DNA from: a virus
Strand: one strand, 5' to 3'
IMG/VR virus record: IMGVR_UViG_3300031334_000002
Coordinates: 16,106-80,105 of that record
Length of the DNA stretch: 64,000 bases
Shown here: in pieces, positions 30,626-38,584 of the stretch
Position numbering within the stretch: position 1 is the first letter of the stretch
Layout: the number at the start of each line of letters is the position of its first letter
Notes under the pieces: generated by a model
Seen by the model: only the letters and a program-made list of their open reading frames with translations
Databases searched by the model: none
Told to the model about the DNA's origin: nothing
Position numbers and translations under genes: made by a program

Positions 30626-30973
30626 TTAACTTTTTGCTATTTTGATCAGATCTTTAACTTGGGCTTTAGTTTTGGTTTTAGCTTTCTTTTTAGGTTGACC
30701 TCCCCTAATAAGGTTCAAGTCTTTCACTAGAGTGTCGAATATTTTAGCTTGTTCTTGGTCGAAAGCCATTCCTTCAGATTGTTCCTTTAATCTACCTATC
30801 TGAGAGATACATATATATTCCTCATCTGACATTTCAGGTATATCATCTATGTCTAGGTCATTATCTCTTATAATCTGTTCATACTTGTAGATTTCTTTTT
30901 CTAATTCGGAAATTTTTTTTCTTAAAGCTTCATTCTCAAATCCACTTTCCATTCCTAGTATATCATCTGACAT
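30626..30973 (-). CDS. Terminase small subunit candidate
   Basis: Small helical protein immediately upstream of TerL; positional inference only. Confidence 0.35.
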   Translation of the reverse strand: MSDDILGMESGFENEALRKKISELEKEIYKYEQIIRDNDLDIDDIPEMSDEEYICISQIGRLKEQSEGMAFDQEQAKIFDTLVKDLNLIRGGQPKKKAKTKTKAQVKDLIKIAKS

Positions 30974-31241
30974 TCTTTCTCCTAATCTCTCTAGTAAGTT
31001 TCACGCCAAGTCCCATTGCTTGGATGACTCGACGAACTCTTTCTTTTAGGTATCTAATGTCTTTGGTTTGAGATACCCCTCTCCTAACTATGTTTCCATT
31101 ACCCATATTAACGATCTCGAATTTCATACCTTCAGGGTAGAGTCTAATGGTATAACGTGCTCCGGTTACTTGTGATAATATAACCCCAGATACGAGTCTT
31201 TCATTTTTCTGGTCTTTAAAGTATCTTATTCTAGTTTTCAT
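30963..31241 (-). CDS. Basic hypothetical protein
   Basis: RBS GAGG; coupled to next gene. Confidence 0.5.
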   Translation of the reverse strand: MKTRIRYFKDQKNERLVSGVILSQVTGARYTIRLYPEGMKFEIVNMGNGNIVRRGVSQTKDIRYLKERVRRVIQAMGLGVKLTREIRRKNVR

Positions 31242-31305
31242 TAAGTCCTCTTGTCAAAAACATTTATTTACTTCCTGTAAATTGTTTTTGCCTACGGCAT
31301 CCTGC

Positions 31306-31656
31306 CTAAAAGCGCATTCCACCTTTAGTTTCGATAGTTTTACTAATTTCACGTTTTGTGTATTCTTGATCTGTTAAGAACTTCTTAAGTTTTAAGGCTG
31401 CAATGTCATTTTCTTTTTTTAAGGCAGCGATTTCGGAATCTTCCAAAATAGGCTTTTTAAGGTCAAGCTCTTTATCAAGGATACGAAATTTTCTTAAGTC
31501 CTTACGGTGTAGATGTGACAACACCTTAGGGACTACCATCAAAAGAGATAGGACACCTAAAACGAGAGCTTCTTGGAATGTAATTGGATGTAATACTGAT
31601 TTAGAACAAATAAATAATAAATAGGCTACAAATAAGCCTAACGGAAGGTGTTTCAT
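31306..31656 (-). CDS. Membrane protein (2 TM + coiled coil)
   Basis: Start re-assigned to ATG 31656 after a GGAG RBS; two hydrophobic helices. Confidence 0.5.
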   Translation of the reverse strand: MKHLPLGLFVAYLLFICSKSVLHPITFQEALVLGVLSLLMVVPKVLSHLHRKDLRKFRILDKELDLKKPILEDSEIAALKKENDIAALKLKKFLTDQEYTKREISKTIETKGGMRF

Positions 31657-31703
31657 TTTTTCACTCCTGAAGTAAGTCCAGTAAACCAGCAATTAAGTAT
31701 TGT

Positions 31704-31940
31704 TTACTTTTTCTTTTTAAGTAGTTTTTTTAATTTATCATATTTGACACCACCACATGCGTAAGTGTCATTATCTTCTCTTTCTTTTCTTTTTTTGTTG
31801 GCAGCATCAATGGCTTTTGCCCGAGCTATGTCAGTTGGGTCCATTCCTTCGTAATTTCTTTCATAAGGATCTTTCTCGCCAGTTTCTTTTCTTCTTCTTT
31901 TTTTAGAGAGCAATTTAGCTCCCATAGCTTTCCAATCCAT
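31704..31940 (-). CDS. Small very basic protein, first gene of late operon
   Basis: K/R-rich; GGAG RBS; late motif upstream. Confidence 0.55.
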   Translation of the reverse strand: MDWKAMGAKLLSKKRRRKETGEKDPYERNYEGMDPTDIARAKAIDAANKKRKEREDNDTYACGGVKYDKLKKLLKKKK

Positions 31941-31998
31941 ATGTTGACTCTCCCAAGTATATATGCTATTCTTATTTTGACGTATTAATAACCTATAT

Positions 31999-32008
31999 CT
32001 AGTTGTTA
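31999..32008 (-). promoter_or_regulatory. Putative late promoter motif TAACAACTAG at head of late operon
   Basis: Exact copy at the strand-switch point. Confidence 0.65.
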
Positions 32009-32217
32009 AATTTATGAAAAACTACCTATTTAAATCTAAAGTTCTTTTCCCTTTGTCCTTCTGAAGAGGAGTATTGGGTAGATGCGGAGATTATTGTTGA
32101 TGAATTAGCCTACATGATTTTATCTCAATGGGAAGTAGGGTCATCTAGAGCAGTTTGGTAGGTTGAGAACAATAATTCTCTATATTTTAGGTTTAATGTT
32201 ACAATTAAGGAGTCAAT

Positions 32218-32442
32218 ATGGGGTTATCTGGAGCAGTCTGTCCGGCAAATAGGTCTAAAAACATTCTAAAAGACCTTCAATACATAAAAGAAACCTATGT
32301 TGAGTACTTTTTAGGTGGAAATGAGAGTGGTTTGCGTGAAGCTAGTGATCTTTTTTCTAAGATTGAAAAGTATATAGTAGAAATCTCAGCAGAAAGGAAA
32401 GTACTAGATGCTAAATTGGCTGAAGAAATTAAAAAATCTTAA
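32218..32442 (+). CDS. Hypothetical protein
   Basis: AAGGAG RBS. Confidence 0.45.
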   Translation: MGLSGAVCPANRSKNILKDLQYIKETYVEYFLGGNESGLREASDLFSKIEKYIVEISAERKVLDAKLAEEIKKS

Positions 32443-32496
32443 AATTTGGTGTTATTTTGGGTTTCATAGATGGGTAAAGATTAAAAAGGAGTTGAT

Positions 32497-32784
32497 TTGT
32501 TCAAAATGTGGAAAGATTGTACTATTCTAATAGGTCTTTCACTGCCTCCCGTACTTTTTATTTGCTTTTGTTTGTATTTTATAGTACCTTCTTACAGAGT
32601 TGGTGATTGTTTATTGCTAAATGATAACAATAAGTTGTACAGAGTTACTGGTTTCAGACTAGACCGCTATATTTTGAACGAAAAGATAAAATTAAATTAT
32701 AGAATGGTAGATAATAGCTCTAAAAAAGTAAAATGTACCATTTCTGTAAAAGATAAATATATGTTAGATAAGGACTTTAAATGA
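32497..32784 (+). CDS. Hypothetical membrane-anchored protein
   Basis: AGGAG RBS; N-terminal hydrophobic helix. Confidence 0.45.
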   Translation: MFKMWKDCTILIGLSLPPVLFICFCLYFIVPSYRVGDCLLLNDNNKLYRVTGFRLDRYILNEKIKLNYRMVDNSSKKVKCTISVKDKYMLDKDFK

Positions 32785-32868
32785 GAAAAGTGTTTGATAG
32801 CATTGCTATAATTCTAATAGGTTGGAGTTTAGGTACATTAATTACACACTTAGTATTAGGAGTTTAGT

Positions 32869-33045
32869 ATGTATTGTGCTATATTAACTTTGTTGTTGGT
32901 TAACGGACAGAATTGGACATTTGAAGACCTGAATGATATGGAGTATCAGGCAATCAAATGTAATACCAGAGGGTTAGGTTGTTTAAGTAAGGTTACGAAA
33001 AAGAGTGAATACGAAATAGAATACACTTGTGAGGTAAAAAGATGA
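32869..33045 (+). CDS. Small 4-Cys protein, paralog 1 (58 aa, below ORF-track cutoff)
   Basis: MYCAILTLLLVNGQNWTFEDL...; AGGAG RBS; ATGA overlap with next gene. Confidence 0.6.
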   Translation: MYCAILTLLLVNGQNWTFEDLNDMEYQAIKCNTRGLGCLSKVTKKSEYEIEYTCEVKR

Positions 33046-33284
33046 GTAATTATACGTTTTTATTAGAAAATGAAAATAGAAGACTAAGAAAGTCAGTTAA
33101 AAAAGAAGTTGAAGACAACCATAATCAATTATTTGATAGAATTGACTTTTTAAATGACAAAATTATCGAAGCAATCGGTTGGATGCACGCTGAAGCTTGT
33201 GTTGCTGTAGACAAAGGGGAAGATATTAGAAATATATCAATCCCAGATTTAATAGATAGAGCAAAAAGGGATTTAGAGTTGTGA
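33042..33284 (+). CDS. Hypothetical protein
   Basis: Coupled to genes on both sides. Confidence 0.55.
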   Translation: MSNYTFLLENENRRLRKSVKKEVEDNHNQLFDRIDFLNDKIIEAIGWMHAEACVAVDKGEDIRNISIPDLIDRAKRDLEL

Positions 33285-33460
33285 TCTGTACGGTACTGTT
33301 GTTAGTTCTACTAAATGGTCAAACATGGACCTTCAAAGACCTGACTAATATCAGAGCTTCTGCTAAATCTTGCCAAAGAGAATATAAACAATGCTTAGGT
33401 AAGTTTGTGAAAAAGGGTAATAGGAATTACTATGCAGAATGTAAAAATAAAAGTAAGTAA
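33281..33460 (+). CDS. Small 4-Cys protein, paralog 2 (59 aa)
   Basis: MICTVLLLVLLNGQTWTFKDL...; GTGA overlap; clear similarity to 32869-33045. Confidence 0.6.
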   Translation: MICTVLLLVLLNGQTWTFKDLTNIRASAKSCQREYKQCLGKFVKKGNRNYYAECKNKSK

Positions 33461-33707
33461 ATATAAAAGAGAGATAGAAGAATACTACATGTATGAAGAT
33501 ATTTTTTGTACTAACTGTGGAGAAAAAGGACACGTTTATAGTCGGCTAGGTAATGAATGTTACTACCAAGGGGCAACTTATTATTGTATTAATTGTAGTA
33601 GCGTGGCAATGGAACCTTGCTTCCATAAAACCGAAAATGACGAATCTATCATTGCTTTGAAGAAGACATTAGAGAAGGCTTTAGAGCTTGACAAGAAAGA
33701 GGACTAG
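33432..33707 (+). CDS. Zinc-ribbon hypothetical protein
   Basis: CTNC...CINC motifs. Confidence 0.5.
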   Translation: MQNVKIKVSKYKREIEEYYMYEDIFCTNCGEKGHVYSRLGNECYYQGATYYCINCSSVAMEPCFHKTENDESIIALKKTLEKALELDKKED

Positions 33708-33716
33708 GGATAGTAT
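33688..33716 (+). promoter_or_regulatory. sigma70-like promoter
   Basis: TTGACA-17-TAGTAT. Confidence 0.5.
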
Positions 33717-34111
33717 AGGTTTAGCCCATGGGAGGGCTTAGAGAAAGGATGAGAGCTTCTGGGGGAGGAGTTAGTAATGGAGACTACGTTTACAATAAAA
33801 TTAGACCATGAAGGGTTTTTTATTGCAAGAAATGTGACAGTTATGTCACCCCCTACAAGATTAACCGAAGAACAATTAATGGAGCTAAACGTTGACGTTG
33901 TATATATTTAATACTATAAGACAAGCGATCTACCAAAAATGCTTCCTGAATGTTCCAAGCTAAGTTTAAACGGAACTAAAGATTACAAAGTACACACGCT
34001 AACCCAGAGAACCGATCGTCTTAGAGGGTGTAGGTTTTATTTGTCGATTGTTTTTGGTTTAATGAAACGTGCGAAGAAATAATCCGTATCACCAAAAGGG
34101 ACACTAAAGTT

Positions 34112-34124
34112 CAAGCTATTGATT
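34112..34124. promoter_or_regulatory. IHF consensus site
   Basis: CAAGCTATTGATT = reverse complement of WATCAA-N4-TTR. Confidence 0.4.
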
Positions 34125-34210
34125 GTTGGTCTGGAGAATGGGGTGATGTGTGTAACATACAGTATTAAGTCTAGGTAAGTATATATATTGTTAGAGAGTC
34201 TCCTATAAAT

Positions 34211-34248
34211 CACCCAACCCAAATGTCCCTCACCCCCCACCACCCCCC
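34211..34248. repeat. C-rich tract (G-rich on minus strand)
   Basis: CACCCAACCC...CCCTCACCCCCCACCACCCCCC in an AT-rich genome, directly abutting the sigma54 array. Confidence 0.6.
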
Positions 34249-34249
34249 T

Positions 34250-34686
34250 TGGCATGGAACTTGCAGATGCAATAAACGTGCCAGTGTTCTAGCTGGCATG
34301 GAACTTGCAGTAGCAATAATTGTACCAGAGCTACCCCTTGCAAGTAACGGACCAAGAAGACTTGGCAACCTACTTGCAGATGCAATAGTTGTGCCAACCT
34401 TCTAAGATAGTTCTTGACACATAATAGTTTGATTACCCAAACAAAGATAGTTCTTGACAAACCTTTTAGTATGCAAGATCTATGCCATTAATACCTTGTC
34501 AAGTGTTAATATTCTGACACCCATTGTATAAACATTTTACATATCTATCAGGATAACAGAATGACCGCTCTAAGCTATCCTAACGTTACCCCTAGTCAGT
34601 ACATGGAAAGTTATTTTAAATGGATTCTAGAGGTAATCTGAGCTGCCACAGATTGTTGGTATTAGGTCTATGGCATGTTTCTTGCA
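34250..34686. promoter_or_regulatory. Array of nine sigma54 (RpoN) -24/-12 consensus elements
   Basis: TGGY-N7-TTGCW (GG-N10-GC) at 34250+, 34268-, 34294+, 34312-, 34339-, 34363+, 34381-, 34472-, 34671+ (16 bp each). Confidence 0.75.
34404..34459 (+). repeat. 16-bp direct repeat AAGATAGTTCTTGACA (40-bp period) flanking an IHF site
   Basis: Copies at 34404-34419 and 34444-34459; TAATAGTTTGATT (IHF consensus) at 34422-34434. Confidence 0.7.
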
Positions 34687-34704
34687 ATACCTTCTTATAG
34701 TGTA

Positions 34705-34746
34705 TATAAAAATAGTGCTTGTAATAAATGACACATGGTGTATACT
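34705..34746 (+). promoter_or_regulatory. Early sigma70 promoter cassette, copy 1
   Basis: 40 bp identical to 35040-35079; TTGTAA...TGACACATGGTG-TATACT. Confidence 0.7.
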
Positions 34747-34780
34747 GGTTATATAGAAATAAACAACAAAGGAATTAAAT

Positions 34781-35044
34781 ATGACTAAGTGTCCAAGTAT
34801 TTTAACTCACCTATTAAGCGTTTATAAATCAGCCAATGATGAGGGAGCTGCTTACAGAACATTAAAGGCTTGTGTATTCACTAATAATCAGCCAGTCAAT
34901 ATAGTGTCAGCGATGACGGCGATTAGAGACATTCAATGTATGATTAGATTAGATAGGTGTCATGCTGTAGAATTAGAGTATTGTATCAGATACTTTTCAG
35001 AAGTAACGGCATATAGTGCGATTGAAATAAATCAGCGATTATAA
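34781..35044 (+). CDS. Early hypothetical protein
   Basis: Own promoter and AAGGA RBS. Confidence 0.6.
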   Translation: MTKCPSILTHLLSVYKSANDEGAAYRTLKACVFTNNQPVNIVSAMTAIRDIQCMIRLDRCHAVELEYCIRYFSEVTAYSAIEINQRL

Positions 35045-35081
35045 AAATAGTGCTTGTAATAAATGACACATGGTGTATAAT
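35040..35081 (+). promoter_or_regulatory. Early sigma70 promoter cassette, copy 2
   Basis: Duplicate of 34705-34744 ending in TATAAT. Confidence 0.7.
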
Positions 35082-35112
35082 GAAGTATAGAAACAAACAA
35101 CAAAGGGAACTT

Positions 35113-35379
35113 ATGAACTTAGACACTACACTTATAGAAAATTTAGAGCTGATAGACAAAAAGAGAGTAGGTCAGGAATTTGAAATGATTTCAAAGCATG
35201 GTAACGCATACAGGTTTAGTCTTATTTTTAATAGTCGTGGTAACTATGGCTATATAATTGAAAGGCAAAACGGAATTACAGGAAAATACCATTTTGAAAC
35301 TTCTAGCGGATACCTAACAAGTAGGTCTCACCTATATCAATGCGTGGAGTCTCAAGTATTTTACCACTATGAACTTTAA
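35113..35379 (+). CDS. Early hypothetical protein (start re-assigned to 35113)
   Basis: Track start lies inside the promoter; AAGGGA RBS precedes ATG 35113. Confidence 0.55.
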   Translation: MNLDTTLIENLELIDKKRVGQEFEMISKHGNAYRFSLIFNSRGNYGYIIERQNGITGKYHFETSSGYLTSRSHLYQCVESQVFYHYEL

Positions 35380-35451
35380 TACTTTTTAATTATGACACAT
35401 GGTGTATAATGAGCTGATTTACTAGAGTGTAACAAAGATAGGGGGTAACTA

Positions 35452-35712
35452 ATGATTTACTTTGTGCAATTACTAAAAGCTGTTAAAGATAAAAGAATGT
35501 TAGCAATGATGCTAAATGATATTCAGTGGGAAGTGGAGGAGCTAGGTTACACTGGTCTAGAGAGTGAACTAATAAATGAATTATTGTCTAGTCATTTTGG
35601 TGTCGAGATAGAATGCCCTAATCAACTAGATATGTTAACTAAGTGGGTACTCAATAATCAAGGTCTCATCAATACAAAGGCTGAAGAACTAGTGAAATCA
35701 TATAACCTGTAA
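35452..35712 (+). CDS. Early hypothetical protein
   Basis: Upstream ATGACACATGGTGTATAAT (35392-35410); GGGGG RBS. Confidence 0.55.
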   Translation: MIYFVQLLKAVKDKRMLAMMLNDIQWEVEELGYTGLESELINELLSSHFGVEIECPNQLDMLTKWVLNNQGLINTKAEELVKSYNL

Positions 35713-35737
35713 ACTAGGTAACATTTAAAAGATCATA

Positions 35738-35762
35738 GCCCCTAGAAATAGGGGTTTTTTTT
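35738..35762 (+). terminator. Rho-independent terminator
   Basis: GCCCCTA-GAAA-TAGGGGT followed by a T run. Confidence 0.85.
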
Positions 35763-35868
35763 GGTTAAAATAGTTATTGACAAACAGTGGCACTTGTGCA
35801 TACAGGGGATAGTTGCAATGACCTAAAACTGCTGGAAGAACTGGACCTAATATTGACTGAGATAGAGG

Positions 35869-35881
35869 TAAGTGGTTGATA
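35869..35881. promoter_or_regulatory. IHF consensus site
   Basis: TAAGTGGTTGATA. Confidence 0.45.
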
Positions 35882-36154
35882 TCAAAGGGGTTTTATGGCA
35901 GCCTTCTTTGGTATACCCTATACACTACTTTTAAGCTGTATAACCTAATTCGCTATCAGCTAGTAACCTTAAGCACTCTTTATTGTAATGTTTGGAAGTT
36001 TTATAGATAAGAAAAATGTTGGTGACTACATGGTTACTCTGTACTACCAGTTGTTAAATGTTGACTTACGCATTTAGTTAAATGGCGAATTTCTAGGATA
36101 GGAGACCTAAGAGGATGTAATAGATATTAAAGCACGGTCGTACTTACGCACAAC

Positions 36155-36167
36155 TAAGTTGTTGATT
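36155..36167. promoter_or_regulatory. IHF consensus site
   Basis: TAAGTTGTTGATT. Confidence 0.45.
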
Positions 36168-36288
36168 ACTGGTGAGCGTAAACAGATTCCAAGTACTTAC
36201 AAAATGTAATTTGGTGGAAAGATTTTCAGGTATTAAAATAATAATTCAATTATAGCCTATTATTAAATAGTTATAATAAATTATTTTC

Positions 36289-36317
36289 TTTACACGAGGT
36301 GTTATTTTTGCTATTAT
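36289..36317 (+). promoter_or_regulatory. sigma70 promoter
   Basis: TTTACA-17-TATTAT with extended -10 TG and AT-rich upstream element. Confidence 0.55.
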
Positions 36318-36469
36318 AGTTATAGGGAAACAAAACAAGGGATTAAAGCAATGAACCAACTAAACGAAGATTATATCTTTGAAGTGAGGAAAAAATGAAG
36401 TGGACTTAGACAATTATACCGCAAAAGGTCAATGTTAAAAAATACTTCACTTTCGGGGAGAAAATAGTA

Positions 36470-36862
36470 ATGAAAATAGAAATAACACCTAAACAATTAT
36501 ACTTGATAGAACTAATTAATGAGAAGCGGGGTAAAAGAAATAAGTTATTAGCTAGTCAGTCTTCCATAGACTATTACACTAAGTGGTGGGCTGATTACGC
36601 TCTAGAAATAATAGAAGAGCTAGGAGACTTTGATTTTAGTGGGGTAGAGGTAGAGATAACAGATAGCACTAGTTCAAATTGTTATCGTTCAGAAAATTAT
36701 AAAGTAACATCTCCTAGAAAGCTAGAATCAAGAGACCTAGATATACTTAGAGCTTATGATACTTTTATGGGAGGTCAGGAGGTGGGAAAGTTATACCGAG
36801 AGGAGGAGATAAACGGAAAATTTGTCTATAATCTAAAATCGGTATGTGATAGTTCAGACTAA
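36470..36862 (+). CDS. Early hypothetical protein
   Basis: GGGGAG RBS; C-terminal CDSSD. Confidence 0.6.
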   Translation: MKIEITPKQLYLIELINEKRGKRNKLLASQSSIDYYTKWWADYALEIIEELGDFDFSGVEVEITDSTSSNCYRSENYKVTSPRKLESRDLDILRAYDTFMGGQEVGKLYREEEINGKFVYNLKSVCDSSD

Positions 36863-36895
36863 ACAAAATTATTAGAATAGTGGTTTATTTTTTAA

Positions 36896-36924
36896 TTGAC
36901 ATACTGTATTAAATAATGTATACT
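36896..36924 (+). promoter_or_regulatory. sigma70 promoter
   Basis: TTGACA-17-TATACT. Confidence 0.7.
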
Positions 36925-36963
36925 AATTTTAGAAGGTAATAAATGATTCAAAAAGGAGACAGC

Positions 36964-37116
36964 ATGACTATTACTAAACAAATATCAGTTATCATTAGAA
37001 TTCTAAACAATTCTAGATTACACACTTGCCCTTGTGGATTTCAATGTATGCCTATGATTGTCAGTGGTAATAAGTTTACGTGTCCAGAATGTGAAAATGA
37101 AAGCGAGATTCAATAA
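36964..37116 (+). CDS. Small zinc-ribbon protein (50 aa)
   Basis: AAGGAG RBS; CPCG...CPEC. Confidence 0.55.
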   Translation: MTITKQISVIIRILNNSRLHTCPCGFQCMPMIVSGNKFTCPECENESEIQ

Positions 37117-37342
37117 TGATAGAATTATTTGTATACATTAACGGCTTTGTTATTGTAACAATAATCGGTATTGATATGTTGATGAATAGTAAAAGGAGAA
37201 GATAGTGAAATATGTAATTGCGCCACATAAAGGATACTGGGCAGTATGGGAAGATGTTGACAATTGGAAGAAGTGTAACCCTATTAGTGATCTTTATGTG
37301 GATTATATGGGAGCATTCCAATGGTTATTAACAAAATAGTTA

Positions 37343-37371
37343 TTGACGCAGTGTATAAAGTATGATATAAT
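37343..37371 (+). promoter_or_regulatory. sigma70 promoter
   Basis: AAAATAGTTA-TTGACG-17-TATAAT. Confidence 0.7.
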
Positions 37372-37399
37372 TATGTATAACCTAAAAAAGAGGACAATC

Positions 37400-38047
37400 A
37401 TGGAAAAATCAATACTCGAAAAAATACAAAAACTTTTAAAACTAGCCGAGTCGTCAAATGAGAATGAAGCAAAACTAGCAATGACTAAAGCGCAGGACCT
37501 CATGTTGAGACATAATATCAGTATGCGTAGCGTTGAAAACCATGATAGTGAATATATCAATGAAACTTCAGACACTTTTAAAAGAAAGCCCGAAAATTCG
37601 GACTATATCAATAACATTTTAAGAAAATACTTTTTTATTGAGATAGTAACATCTAAAAGACATGGGGGTTCATTTTTTAATTATATAGGTGAAAAAAATA
37701 ACGTTAATACGGCTATTTATATGAGAAACTTTATAACTGATACTTTTAAAAGGTTGTGGTTAGACTACAAAAAAGAGACTGGGGTAAGTGTTAGGTCTAA
37801 AAGTTCTTTCATGTATGGATTACATCAAGGTTTTTGTGAGAAGTTAGAAGAACAACGACAAAACGTAGAGCAAGAAACAGGACTAGTACTTGTAAACGAC
37901 CAAAAAGCAACCAACAAAATGAATGAATTATTTTCTAAATTGTCAAAGGGTAGGGCTTCAAAAACTACTATTAGGGATTGTCAAGCTGTTAATAGTGGTG
38001 TAAGACAAGGTAAAAAGATTACAATATCAGCAGGTGCACTAAAATAG
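37400..38047 (+). CDS. DUF2786-domain protein (start re-assigned to 37400)
   Basis: ILEKIQKLLKLAESSNENEAKLAMTKAQDLMLRHNI signature; GAGG RBS. Confidence 0.75.
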   Translation: MEKSILEKIQKLLKLAESSNENEAKLAMTKAQDLMLRHNISMRSVENHDSEYINETSDTFKRKPENSDYINNILRKYFFIEIVTSKRHGGSFFNYIGEKNNVNTAIYMRNFITDTFKRLWLDYKKETGVSVRSKSSFMYGLHQGFCEKLEEQRQNVEQETGLVLVNDQKATNKMNELFSKLSKGRASKTTIRDCQAVNSGVRQGKKITISAGALK

Positions 38048-38050
38048 TTA

Positions 38051-38080
38051 TTGACATACTATAACACACTGTGTTATACT
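38051..38080 (+). promoter_or_regulatory. sigma70 promoter
   Basis: AAAATAGTTA-TTGACA-18-TATACT; downstream TAGGTAAGGGAG shared with the 40550 promoter. Confidence 0.65.
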
Positions 38081-38098
38081 TAGGTAAGGGAGTAAAAG

Positions 38099-38569
38099 GT
38101 GAACTACAAAAGAAAAGACATTGATCTAGCTTATAGTAATATTAGAACTATTATTGATAAGCTCATGATACGATATCAGGTTAATTTTAAGCCCTCTAGT
38201 AATGCTCCTAGTACTTACAAGGCTATGCGCTCTAAAAGAGACGAGAACGGCTATTTCGTTGTTTACAACGGTGGTGATCATGGACTACTAGGTGAGGACT
38301 ATAATATTAAGTTTAGAGCCCTACATGACTTTATGCATTACAAGCATAATTTAAGTTTTAAATTTGAAGATGAAAGAAAATTGTCCGATATAACAATGAT
38401 AACTTTTAGTGAAATGGCATGGGGTGAACTAAACATTACAGCTTGGCAGACTCATTGCATTCGACAAGTTATAGATAGGGAAATAAGAGGACAAATTGAT
38501 TATTTTGAAACAAGAGGTCACTATGTACCTAATCAAAGTGTGTTTATTTTAGACCACTTCAACTTATAA
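38099..38569 (+). CDS. Hypothetical protein (FRALHD..H motif, possibly metal-binding)
   Basis: ORF with its own promoter. Confidence 0.55.
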   Translation: MNYKRKDIDLAYSNIRTIIDKLMIRYQVNFKPSSNAPSTYKAMRSKRDENGYFVVYNGGDHGLLGEDYNIKFRALHDFMHYKHNLSFKFEDERKLSDITMITFSEMAWGELNITAWQTHCIRQVIDREIRGQIDYFETRGHYVPNQSVFILDHFNL

Positions 38570-38584
38570 ACAAAAGGAATTTAC

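Noticed and set aside
3161-31624. Numerous short plus-strand ORFs within the late operon
   Set aside because: Antisense shadows of long minus-strand genes without RBS or recognisable motifs
33824-33849. Additional sigma54 site and CRP-like site
   Set aside because: The minus-strand 16-mer has GT rather than GG at -24, and the TGTGA...TCAC spacing is 8 nt rather than 6
34250-34396. Mini-CRISPR array
   Set aside because: Repeats alternate in orientation, are only 16 bp with variable cores, lack regular unique spacers, and no cas operon is present
34223-34460. ORFs 34223-34405 (+) and 34230-34460 (-)
   Set aside because: No RBS; they are by-products of the GC-richer sigma54 repeat array
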